Assembly (NCBI GenBank): GCA_965204345.1
Contig: OZ241981.1
Location: 384,001 to 448,000, forward strand
Source: Nitrosopumilus sp.
Lineage (GTDB): Archaea > Thermoproteota > Nitrososphaeria > Nitrososphaerales > Nitrosopumilaceae
Reading direction: 5' to 3'
DNA: 64,000 nt
The position numbers and the translations under genes are program-made. Position 1 is the first letter of the stretch; every line of letters starts with the position of its first letter. The notes below the pieces were generated by a model. The model was given only the letters and a program-made list of their open reading frames with translations, made no database searches and was not told the origin of the DNA. Shown here one piece after another: positions 15,001 through 20,610 of this stretch.

Positions 15001-17456
15001 GCAAAGTCTTCTGCTACGTCTGCATTTATTGACACAGTTACTGTTCCGTCTGTGGTGCCGCGAGCAACATCAAAGGTGTATGTGCGGGCATTAACTGTCA
15101 CAAAGCTGGATGCTACAGGAGAGCCGCCGTTGGCAGTGCCAGTTACCGTAATGTCAGCCAGCTCAAAGTTCCTAACATCCTCATCAAATGTTACTGTAAA
15201 TGGTACCGTGTTAAGGCTGCTAAAACGGCGTTCAGATGAACTGACAGATATTGTTGGAGCATTAGTATCCATTGTGACAGTAACTGGGGCAGATGCCTCA
15301 TTGAGAATGCCTGCAAGGCCTGCTGCCACGTCTGCATCTATTGATACAGTTACTGTTCCGTCTGATGAACCGCGCAGAACATCAAAGGTGTAGACACTGC
15401 CTGTTCCACCAAAGTTGGATGCTGTCGGATTGGTGCCGTTGGCAGTGCCAGTTACCGTAATGTCAGCCAGCTCAAAGTTCTGGACGTCCTCTCTAAATGT
15501 TACGGTAAATGGTACTGTGTTAAGGTTGGTGCTCACATCAGCAGTTGTAGTTACGGAGACTGTCAGGGGAATGTCCCCTATTGTGACAGTAACTGGTGCA
15601 GATGCGGTGTTGAGGTTGCCTGCAGAGTCTGCTGCCACGTCTGCTGCAATGGATACATTTACTGTTCCGTCTGAGGATCCGTGGAGAACATCAAAGGTGT
15701 ATGTGCGGGCATTAACTGTTACAAAGTTGGATGCCACAGGAGCACCGCCGTTGACAGTGCCAGTTATTGTAATGTCTCCCAGCTCAAAGTTCTGGACGTC
15801 CTCGCTAAAGGTTGCCGTAAACGTTACTGGGTCATCGCGGGTGATGGTGCCATCAGCAGGTGTAATGGATACTGTTGGTTTTGTCGTGTCCACTCTAATA
15901 ACATCTACAGTCCGCTCGTTGCCACCATCTACTACGTCGAGAGGTATGACTACTGTCAACTCACCAACGGTAATGCCGTGTGTGACTGTAAAGTCATAGT
16001 GGGTACCATTGGTTTGAGTAAAGTCAGTTATCAGGCTATTAGGCGCCTCCAAGCTGTCAATATTTACCTGAATGTCAGCCTTTACAAATCCCTCGACATT
16101 CTCGCTAAAGATTGCCGTAAATTCGACGGCATCAAGATTGGTGAGATCGCCTGCATCTGTGTCAAGAGTCAAGGTTGCACGGGGCGGATAGTTTATGGCA
16201 AATGTTGTAGATGTCACCCTGTTTCCGTCAGAGAAACTTGTTTCTAGTATGCAAACTGACGCATTGGATAGATTATGGATATTGTCAAAATGAATCAGGT
16301 TGTCGCCAAAGACTGTTATTCCAGTTTGTGGACAGTTAGGAGAATTAACAGAGGCAGGGATTATTTTCAGTGTCTTGTCATCTGTGTAATAATCGTTGAT
16401 GTCAATTATAACTATTTGATCAGACTGGTCTTCTGGGACATCAATGAGCAGTGGCGTTGTAGTTCGTACGGGTGCGGGATTTTCCACGATTACCATCTCA
16501 AAAGAGTATGGCTGGCCCGTGCTTTGCGTCGTGCCGTCTGAGATATCAAAGGACACCACACATGTAACACCTGCATTCCCTGCGGGACGAATTTGTATAG
16601 TTTGGTTGTTTAACAGTGTAATATCCAAGACGGTACCATCACCGCAGTTTGACAGATTATGAAAAGACAGCGTGTCAAATTCTGGATCCTCAAAGTAATC
16701 ACGCAGTGGGATTTGAGGAACTGTAAAGTTTGGATACTCTATTATCTCAGAGGGTATTGGGTCAGGTACTGGTGGCAGGGAGTTGGATACGATAAACTGC
16801 ACCACATATGAGGATGTAAACTGTGTTGTTGCAGAGCCGTCTGTCACATCAAAGGTAAAGCTACAGGATTCAGGATATGTCACCGCGTTGTTTTGCGTTG
16901 CATTAACGGTAAAGGCACCTGTTGGATTTACAGTTACGCTAGATGACTGGCATGTATTGTTAGCCAGGGCATAGGACATGGTATCGCCGTCCGGATCTGC
17001 AATGTTGGTGGCCAGGTTGCCTGTGTGTGTCTCACCAATAATAAATGAAAAATCAGGTGCAGTTCCTGCAGGCGGACGGTTGACATCTGTGACAGTCAGT
17101 ACAAACGAACCAAAATCAGTAAAACCGCCATCATCTACAAAAAATCCTACCTCAATTTCAACAGAAAGGTCAAAGTCGTCCCTTATGTTGGTGCCAGTTG
17201 AGGGATGAACCACTGCATCAAAAGGTATCTCACCGCGGATTAGTCCATTTCCATCTATGTTCAGATAGGACGGACGATTCGTTAAACCAAAATCAATGGG
17301 AGGCTCAAAACCACTCTGTTCTATCTGATGTGAAAAAGATTCACCCTCGGCAATGGTGACATCTTGAGCAGATGCAGTCTGGGCAAAGGCAGGCGATATG
17401 GATGATATTAAAAAAATCCCACAAACAAAAAAAACTATAATAAGATGCTTGTTCAC
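1..17456 (-). CDS. Giant secreted surface protein/adhesin 1 (>5,800 aa, 3' end beyond window): Big_12-like Ig repeats plus cadherin-like modules
   Basis: Manual translation from GTG at 17456 gives MNKHLIIVFFVCGIFLISSISPAFA|QTASAQDVTIAEGESF (signal peptide). The same frame at 3-80 reads VSDSQTVTVTYPANVVVTGSFGDWTG, matching giant 2. The ORF track has no minus-strand ORF in 1-17470, consistent with no internal stop. Repeat consensus ~TFSEDVxxFxxxDITVTGTANGG..TYTFDVARGSTDGTVTxSIAADVATDLAGNxNTAS. Confidence 0.9.
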   Translation of the reverse strand, partial: MNKHLIIVFFVCGIFLISSISPAFAQTASAQDVTIAEGESFSHQIEQSGFEPPIDFGLTNRPSYLNIDGNGLIRGEIPFDAVVHPSTGTNIRDDFDLSVEIEVGFFVDDGGFTDFGSFVLTVTDVNRPPAGTAPDFSFIIGETHTGNLATNIADPDGDTMSYALANNTCQSSSVTVNPTGAFTVNATQNNAVTYPESCSFTFDVTDGSATTQFTSSYVVQFIVSNSLPPVPDPIPSEIIEYPNFTVPQIPLRDYFEDPEFDTLSFHNLSNCGDGTVLDITLLNNQTIQIRPAGNAGVTCVVSFDISDGTTQSTGQPYSFEMVIVENPAPVRTTTPLLIDVPEDQSDQIVIIDINDYYTDDKTLKIIPASVNSPNCPQTGITVFGDNLIHFDNIHNLSNASVCILETSFSDGNRVTSTTFAINYPPRATLTLDTDAGDLTNLDAVEFTAIFSENVEGFVKADIQVNIDSLEAPNSLITDFTQTNGTHYDFTVTHGITVGELTVVIPLDVVDGGNERTVDVIRVDTTKPTVSITPADGTITRDDPVTFTATFSEDVQNFELGDITITGTVNGGAPVASNFVTVNARTYTFDVLHGSSDGTVNVSIAADVAADSAGNLNTASAPVTVTIGDIPLTVSVTTTADVSTNLNTVPFTVTFREDVQNFELADITVTGTANGTNPTASNFGGTGSVYTFDVLRGSSDGTVTVSIDADVAAGLAGILNEASAPVTVTMDTNAPTISVSSSERRFSSLNTVPFTVTFDEDVRNFELADITVTGTANGGSPVASSFVTVNARTYTFDVARGTTDGTVTVSINADVAEDFANNSNAASRPVTITIDTSPGQRPIPIITTADDITNLEVVQFTVTFNKNAFGLHPLDLDVTGTANGGNPEAPSINNIVNERVYTFDVARGTSDGTITVFVKDQAAVDSTDQFFSTASNTVTVTIDTAPLTVSVDTDVGDSTGFDAIPFTATFNKDVRNFELNDITVTGTANGGSPVASNLQTVDARTYTFDVARGTTDGTVAVLIDANVTADLAGNPNTASAPVTVTATLAPQSLPLIPDVPPTVILVNLSESQSFSVEQYFEDPNGDTLTFLNAITTCTGDLTSPGPLSDTFSFVPQSAQSCALFFDISDGKDVSTGRAYSINIDIVPDQPPSPLTLVRFINVLNDQTDPVVIDINNYYTDNNPLRVNVDSVSSSCAHTVSQLTPHSFAFTGPQFSTSTIRCDVHFTIIDVGRTLDTTVNVFYRPEPVPHISTTADDFTSLDVVPFTVKFSHYIFGLHVNDFRITGTANGGNPVVSNLVRIDADEYTFEVARGSSDGTITAFLPGASVTHSGNDELLNIDSNSVTVTVDTTAPGVSVEGVSFNRFATFSTIPFIVTFTEDVTGFELSDIVISGDVNGGNPVASNFEIVDSTTYTFDVERAPEDGTVPLPFTVSIPANAASDRAGNPNTVFPTTEFTSDLAPVATITPDVGPLTNADRVRFAVELSEAVTFTPLSLFVSGTANGGSPAISNFEGSGTSYAFEVARGSSDGTISVVIPALVLDQSGAPNPEPIGPVTVTIDQTKPTVTVASDVGTHTEFDTVPFTVTFSEDVDEFELGDITVNGTANGGNPAVSNFATVDGRTYTFDVVRGSTDGTVTVSIAADVATDDANNLNTASAPVTVTIDTRVISVSLDTTASDPTNLVTIPFTASFSGNVTEFILSDITVAIDGTDTPGLVDTFSGSGREYDFTVTHGITTQGQLTVTIPDGVTVESNNEGALTITVDRVRPSVSITPADGTTTGDDPVTFTATFDEDVQNFVVGDITVTGTANGGTPTATNFATVDARTYTFDVARGSTDGTVTASIAADVAADLAGNLNTASAPVTVTIDTVAPQVHVGSTAGSITSLTTIPFTATFTKSVVNFELGDITVTGTANGGSPAATNFATVDGRTYTFDVLRGSTDGTVTVSIAADVATDILGNSNTASPRSVTVTIDGTSTNLLPPIPTVPPVITLEYPTLASQSISLSDHFVDPDGDVITFEDLSDLCQGDLSTGSEFLFSSTTAETCILTFNISDGTHTSTDSPYSVTLNVIEDPAPIPGDLIIQVQPGQSRTVNINPNNLYDDNKQLTIVFASWDSLDCDAFGVTDVTPTNFYFTPANEFVTADVCTLEITISDGNREIDTEIIIQYLSDLTASITTTADPITNLAAIPFTATFSEDVTEFIRDDIVVAINGTDTPGLISAFSGSGADYAFTVTHGITTQGQLTVTIPANVTPEGNTASATTTLTVDRTNPSVTITPADGTTTGDDPVTFTATFSENVQNFVVGDITVAGTANGGNPAVSNFVTVDARTYTFDVSRGSTDGTVTASIAAGVAADLAGNPNTASNSVTVTIDTLVPSVTITPADGTTTGDDPVTFTATFSKAVQNFVVGDITVAGTANGGSPVTSNFVTVDARTYTFDVSRGSTDGTVTASIAAGVAADLAGNPNTASNSVTVTIDTLVPSVTITPADGTTTGDDPVTFTATFSKAVQNFVVGDITVAGTANGGSPVTSNFVTVDARTYTFDVARGSTDGTVTASIAAGVAADLAGNPNTASNSVTVTITTNTLPPVPAVTPGITLQHPVLAAHQEFSLDDHFTDPNGDTLSYTNPSDDCTGTLTQQPPAGSDTFRFVSSAAETCTLSFDISDGTIASTGSAYTVNISVVLDAAPVRTATPLTVDVPADQPRKVTLDINDYYTDAKTLTLVSDPTSDDCTDFNSAILSNGQFDFEPINAFASASTCTVQATFSDGNRHTDTEITINYLSLPTVTVAEGESLSHQVSLPANFFPADVGLISTGHSYLSINLDGLVTGNIPFDVVAHPPTGTSIRDNFDLSTEIQVEYQLDDGADTITGSFTLTVTDVNRIPAGTVSSFSFNIDETHTGNLATNIADPDDDTLSYTLDNNACQSSSVTVNPTGAFTVTATPNNAVTYPEDCSFTFDVTDGSATEQFTSSYRVLSTVTNLLPPIPASVPSAIVEYPSITDPQISLRDHFEDPEFDTLSFNNFSSCAAGVTLDVTLLDNHNMQIAPFARDVGTTCVISFDISDGTTQSTGQPYSFELVVTENPAPVRTATPLVIDVLSDQSRTVTIDINDYYTDDKSLSIFNTITSDDCTFRSTSPDSGVFTFEVIEDSTGGLTCTVQTTFSDGNYLTPVAFTINYLDRTSVSLTTDVGDLTNLEAIPYTVTFGRAVTGFDQDDIIVRIDETTTTPGLITSFAGEGAQYTFTVTHGLTESLLVVVIPADAADGGSASDISRITVDRANPTVSITHADGTTTGDDPVTFTATFDEDVQNFELGDITVSGTANGGSPVTSNFVTVDARTYTFDVSRGSTDGTVTASIAADVATDLAGNLNAASNSVTVTITTNTLPPVPAVTPGITLQHPVLAAHQEFSLDAHFTDPEGDTLSYTNISDDCTGTLTQQPPAGSDTFRFVSSAAETCTLSFDISDGTDASTGGAYTVNISVVLDAAPVRTATPLTVDVLSNQLRKVTLDINNYYTDTQTLTLVSAPTSSDCTDFVSTILSNGQFDFEPINAFASASTCTVQATFSDGNRHTTAELTINYLDAATVSLSTDVTDPTNSDTVNFTATFSEDVTQFVQSDIVVEIDGTETPDLITAFSGSGTDYTFTVTHGIAAEGQLTVTIPDDAVAEGNTASTHTLIVDRIRPTVIITPADGTTTGDDPVTFTATFSEDVKDFELRDITVAGTANGGNPVASNLLGDGSVYTFDVARGSTDGTVTVSIDVGELTDLADNPNTESNSVTLTIDTVPLTVSVTTTVGENTNSDTVTFTATFNKDVEDFILTDITVTGTANGGNPVASNLLGTGNVYTFDVARGSTDGTVIPSIAADVATDLADNPNTASAPVTVIIDTLAPTVSVSSSTGSSTGLDTVPFRVTFDEDVENFVLDDITVAGTANGGTLTASGFATVDARTYTFNVAGISSDGTVIISIAADIATDLAGNSNTASAPVTVTVDTTVPSVLLRTDTADPTNSDTVDFTAAFSESVTQFEQSDIVVEIDGTETPGLITAFSGSGAEYTFTVTHGITAEGLLTVTIPDGVVAGGNTEDTHTLTVDRIDPTVTITPVDGTTTGDDPVTFTATFSEDVQNFVLSDITVTGTVNGGSPVASNLLGDGSVYTFDVARGSTDGTVTVSIAGDVARDLADNPNTASNSVTITITTLPPVPAVSPGITLQHPVLDPHQEFSLDDHFTDPNGDTLSYTNISDDCTGALTQQPPAGSDTFRFVSSAAETCTLSFDISDGTYTSTGGAYTVNISVVLDAAPVRTATPLTVDVLSSQPRKVTLDINNYYTDDGTLTLVSDPTSSDCTDFTSTILSNGQFDFEPINAFAGASTCTVQATFSDGNRHTTADLTINYLDAATVSLSTNVTDPTNSEAIQFTATFGSDVTGFIADDIVVTIDGNPATPGSLITEFGGSGADYTFTVTHGIAEEGQLTVTIPDDAVVEGNTASTVTTLTVDRIVPTVTITPADGTTTGDDPVTFTATFSEDVENFELADITVTGTANGGSPVASNLNGEGSVYTFDVARGTTDGTVTASIAANVATDLAGNSNIASAPVTLTIDTVPLTVSVTTTVGENTNSDTVTFTATFSKDVEDFILTDITVAGTANGGSPAATNLLGTGSVYTFDVARGSTDGTIIPSIAADVATDLAGNSNTASAPVTVIIDTLAPTVSVSSSTGSSTGLDTVPFRVTFDEDVENFVLDDITLAGTANGGTLTASGFTTVDARTYTFNVAGISSDGTVIASIAADVATDLAGNSNTASAPVTVTVDTTVPSVSLDTTAADPTNSETIPFTATFDEDVTGFVQSDIVVAIDGTTADNSLITAFSGSGADYAFTVTHGIAAEGQLTVTIPDDAVVEGNTANTHTLTVDRIDPSVIITPADGTRTNDDPVTFTATFGEDVENFVLADITVTGTANDGTLTAENFQTVDARTYTFDVARGSTDGTITASIAADVATDLAGNPNTASAPVTVTIDTLVPTVTITPADGTTTRDDPVTFTATFSEDIQNFVVADITVTGTANGGNPVAANFATVNARTYTFDVARGSTDGTVTPSIGANVAADLAGNPNTASAPVTVTIDTTALTVTITPADGTITGDDPVTFTATFNEDVQNFVVADITVTGTANGGAPAAANFATVDARTYTFDVARGSTDGTVSPSIAADVATDLAGNPNTASAPVTVTIDTLVPTVTITPADGTLTGDDPVTFTATFNEDVQNFELGDITVTGTANGGNPVAANFATVDARTYTFDVARGSSDGTVTASIAADVAADLAGNSNTASAPVTVTLDTIVPTVSVTTTANDLTNSDTITFTATFSEVVQNFVLADITVAGTANGGAPVAANFATVGARTYTFDVARGSTDGTVTASIAADVAADLAGNPNTASNLVTVTIDTTAPTVSVSSPAGSSTGLDTVPFIVEFREDVEEFVLSDITVAGTANNGTLTATDFVAVDASTYTFNVAGISSDGTVIVSIAADVAADLAGNPNTASAPVTVTINTDVPYVSLSTNAADPTNSEAVSFTATFSEDVTGFVQSDIGVEIDGTPAANSLITAFTETSGTQYDFTVAHGITLEGQLTVRIPDNVVVGGNTDAIHIIIVDMVRPSVTITSADGTTTGDDPVTFTATFSEDVQNFVLSDITVEGTANGGSPTASNIGGTGSVYTFNVARGSSDGTVIVSIAADVATDLAGNPNTTSAPVTVTINTTGDDIEADIPLGGPDGQPTYEPSSNLITLNVVYDTLPDTIIATDGQLINFNGAPTFADDSANGVKSVTISNSATVVTSAVSDSQTVTVTYPANVVVTGSFGDWTG
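2790..7660 (-). repeat. Higher-order ~2.42-kb intragenic duplication (Ig repeats plus cadherin-like pair)
   Basis: GATACGGTTGCAGCATCCAGATAG at 4321 and 6739; 3100-3800 parallels 5530-6230; the cadherin-like part recurs at ~9170-9720. Confidence 0.85.
9751..10660 (-). repeat. Three near-identical 312-bp tandem units (104-aa Ig repeat)
   Basis: ACTGAATTAGATGCGGTGTTGGGGTTGCCTGCAAGG starts at 9751, 10063 and 10375. Confidence 0.92.
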
Positions 17457-17477
17457 GCTAATCCAAATAATTGATCA

Positions 17478-17495
17478 TATATTATATTTATCATT
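17478..17495 (-). promoter_or_regulatory. Putative TATA box of giant gene 1 (leaderless transcript)
   Basis: Minus strand TAAATATAATAT lies ~25-35 nt upstream of the GTG start, typical archaeal spacing. Confidence 0.45.
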
Positions 17496-17943
17496 GCATG
17501 GTGTTAGCCACGATCTGTGGCTTGCAAAAGCAAGATATAACTCAATTAGACGTTGGATCACAATATACAGTAATTCATAACAGCATATTATGAGTATGCA
17601 TGGGCTGAGCAGCAGCATGGCAAGCAAATAAAACCCAAATACTAGATAATAAACAGCTAAAACAGGCCTCATAGAGGATTCACAAAATGGGAAATTCCAA
17701 GATTTGCTTGGAGTTAAAACGGCTTTAATACAAAATGATTCTCGCAGTACAAACCAACTATTTTGCTGATTTTTTAGCATACAGAATCAGAGATGGCAGC
17801 AGCATGTCAATGACTCTTCACGACATCATCAGCTATTTTAGCAATTTTTTAGGCACTGTCTCTAGTATTTCCCGAGTTCTTGATCGATATGGGCTTTATA
17901 TGTGACAAAATATTCATATATTACCATCATAATAAATTATCAT

Positions 17944-18090
17944 ATGGCCAAAAGAGTAACTATCATGATTGATGATGATTTGGACAGACAGATAAGATCA
18001 AGGCAGGCCAGCCGCATAGCAAGGACATCTACTTCAGTTAGCTATTCTGGCATGTTAGGTGAAGTTTTGCGCAAGGGTCTCAAAAAATAA
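17944..18090 (+). CDS. Small basic ribbon-helix-helix-like protein
   Basis: MAKRVTIMIDDDLDRQIR: N-terminal beta strand plus helix pattern of CopG/RHH proteins. Confidence 0.65.
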   Translation: MAKRVTIMIDDDLDRQIRSRQASRIARTSTSVSYSGMLGEVLRKGLKK

Positions 18091-18409
18091 GATTATTTGC
18101 CAACATCATAGCATTATTTTTGCCACAGCAAGGGCAGTCATGATGGAAATGAGGCAAGGCCTATGAATTAAAGACCCGGTCATAGTAAAAATATCAGACA
18201 GGCAAAAAATTATCAGCGGTATTTTTTTTATAGCATGTTTTTGACTGCATTCCAATGACCTAAAAATCGCAAACGAATATACGATATTGGCAGAAATTGC
18301 AAGGAATTCACAGATACTGCAATAATGAACCAGTTAAAATCACCCATGCCGTGTTTAAAAACACGTCAATTTTGCAGTTGTTTATTAGTCAGAAAAAATT
18401 ATCCAAGAT

Positions 18410-18649
18410 ATGAAGATGGCAGTAAAGATAGGGGTTGTCGGAATTCTCATGTTTGTCACAGGACTAATTATGTATTATTCAATAGAGATAGGCCAGACAG
18501 ACCAGACCTTGCGGTTAGTCAAAAATACAGGCACGTTTGTTGGAATTAGCGGCATGGGAGTTGCACTAGCAGGTACTTTGCTATACCTAATTAACAAAAA
18601 TGAACCTCCAATGCAAGAATCAGACACACACAACCCAACCAAATTATAA
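18410..18649 (+). CDS. Small two-TM membrane protein
   Basis: Two hydrophobic stretches (IGVVGILMFVTGLIMYY; FVGISGMGVALAGTLLYLI). Confidence 0.75.
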   Translation: MKMAVKIGVVGILMFVTGLIMYYSIEIGQTDQTLRLVKNTGTFVGISGMGVALAGTLLYLINKNEPPMQESDTHNPTKL

Positions 18650-18674
18650 CAATGCATTCAACGAAGATTGGAAA

Positions 18675-19100
18675 ATGACTCAAAAAGTTTGGCTTGGCCG
18701 CATATATTTGAAAGAGGAAGGCGGGTATGAAATAATTTTAAAGTCACTTTGTCATTACAAAAATCGATTAAAGACCCTAGGCAGTAGCCCGGAAGTGCAG
18801 GACTCTGCTGCAATGTTTGCATCAGTCTTAAACCAGCAAGCAAGAAAAACAGTCCCAAAGATAGAAAAGACCATCAAAAAAATTCAGGCCGGCCTAAATG
18901 ACAGCAGAAACATTGGAGAACTAGAAGAGGACATTTCATTTTTTGAAAAAGCTTTGCAATGTTACAAGTCAGACATTGGCAAGGCAGAAAATACGGGACA
19001 TGAATATTTTGCAAAACTAATCAAGGACATGCCACAGGCAAAAAAAGATATGAAAGTTATCGACATGGCAATAAAGAAAATTAGGGAATATTCAGAATAA
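18675..19100 (+). CDS. Hypothetical helical protein
   Basis: ATG at 18675 (MTQKVWLGRIYLKEEGGYEIILKSL); Lys/Glu-rich coding-like composition. Confidence 0.75.
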   Translation: MTQKVWLGRIYLKEEGGYEIILKSLCHYKNRLKTLGSSPEVQDSAAMFASVLNQQARKTVPKIEKTIKKIQAGLNDSRNIGELEEDISFFEKALQCYKSDIGKAENTGHEYFAKLIKDMPQAKKDMKVIDMAIKKIREYSE

Positions 19101-19367
19101 GGCCAATCCTTGCAAACATCAGTCAGACAAGCAAGGCAGCAACACATTTGTTGCCTCTTTTTTTTCATCTTAAATTCTAGATTAAATGTTTTCTTGGATT
19201 CTGCCTTGAAGGCAGATGGGATTGATTGTTTTCAAAAACAAGACTGCAGCTTAGAATTTCTGCAAATTTGTCAGATAGGATATGCCCAAGTCATCTGAAA
19301 TTTCTTGAATTGGTTCTTTCAAGAGCATCAGGCCGCGCCAAGAATCCCCCGTCACTATTTTAGGGCA

Positions 19368-19598
19368 TCAGAGTATGTCATCATCATCCCAGGTCAGTCT
19401 GAATTTTCCTGTAACCCGAAACATGTGCAGTCGTCCACTCTCTTTAAAACGTAGTTTGTAAGATTTGTGCGAAGTGTCTTCAATCTCCAGACTTGCACCT
19501 TCCTTTACGGCCTGAAAAACAATGGGATCATTTGATGTTTGCCTCCATTCATTCTCGTCAAAATCCATGTAGAATTTGGTGTACAGCAGACCCATCAT
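19368..19598 (-). CDS. Hypothetical protein
   Basis: 76-aa ORF with natural composition and acidic tail (TWDDDDIL). Confidence 0.7.
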   Translation of the reverse strand: MMGLLYTKFYMDFDENEWRQTSNDPIVFQAVKEGASLEIEDTSHKSYKLRFKESGRLHMFRVTGKFRLTWDDDDIL

Positions 19599-19993
19599 CC
19601 ATTACAAAACATACCCGAATAAATAACTAGATGTTCTTTTGCTGTTCAAAAAAAAATACTCCGTGTAAAGGCCCAAGTTGCCGGCAATGCCAAGAGGGTT
19701 GTTCTCAAGTCCCTCATCTTGAGGGTTGGCACGGGAAATTACCCCACCCTCAAATTACAAAACCAGTCACAGTCGTTGGAAAGCAAGGGGAATTAAAACT
19801 GTCTTGTCATCAAATGCATTTTGAGTAATTACACTTTTGGAAACTGCAAGGTATCAATGCAAGCATGGCTTGCCAAGAGGGAATCATCCAAAGTCCAGAA
19901 CACGAACCTTAAAAGACCTACAGTGGCATTGGAAGGTCTGATGGGAATGCCATCAAACTTTATGAACTTAAAAAAAAGGAAAAATCGATCACA

Positions 19994-20407
19994 CTAGTTT
20001 GTTTGTGCGAAGGGAGTTATCCAGGACTGGATAATGTTCTTGTTTAATTCAGCAAACGCATTGACGTTGTCATTGAATGTCTTAAAGTTTTGAACAGTTG
20101 CATCAATTGTTGTCTTGAGCAACTGGTTGTTCACTGTGCTTGCCTGAACAATCTGCTTGTTGGTATCAATGATTGCAGTTTTTGCAGCATCTGAAATTTC
20201 AGTCCTGATTCCATTTTTCTTTGCAAATTCTTGCTGCATAGATACCGTAGCGTTAATTGTTTTTTGACAAGTTTTCATACATTCGTCTTGCAAATGTGTT
20301 ACGGATTGGAAATATTGCGGAGTTAATTTTGCAATATTTTCAAAGTATTTTTGAACATTTTGCTTGTACATTGTGTATGCATCGCTAGGCGGAGATTGTG
20401 TACTCAT
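19994..20407 (-). CDS. Helical Gln/Asn/Thr-rich protein, phasin-like
   Basis: Amphipathic helical pattern; TATA-like TATATATAT ~25 nt upstream; T-rich tract downstream on the coding strand. The phasin call is inference. Confidence 0.65.
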   Translation of the reverse strand: MSTQSPPSDAYTMYKQNVQKYFENIAKLTPQYFQSVTHLQDECMKTCQKTINATVSMQQEFAKKNGIRTEISDAAKTAIIDTNKQIVQASTVNNQLLKTTIDATVQNFKTFNDNVNAFAELNKNIIQSWITPFAQTN

Positions 20408-20610
20408 GATTTTAGTGATCTGTGGCGGATATATATATACTATTGGTAATGAATGGTAATGAATGTCAATTACAGGTAAATAATGAGTGATTTAAGTAAA
20501 GTGTTGCCTGCCAAAGTGTGCAGGCATTACAAAAGATACAGCTAGCAGTCATCACACACATCAAATTCATCACACAGAGCAGTGATGATGATGATTGGTA
20601 AAACTGACGA

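Noticed and set aside
190-17208. Dozens of + strand ORFs rich in V/T/S/A
   Set aside because: Antisense shadows of giant gene 1; its codon usage leaves the opposite strand poor in stops, and stops recur at equivalent repeat positions.
17475-17780. 101-aa minus ORF upstream of giant 1
   Set aside because: Atypical composition, overlaps the putative promoter, no motif.
19640-19960. SRP RNA, RNase P RNA or tRNA
   Set aside because: No RNase P P4, SRP helix 8 or T-loop consensus recognised.
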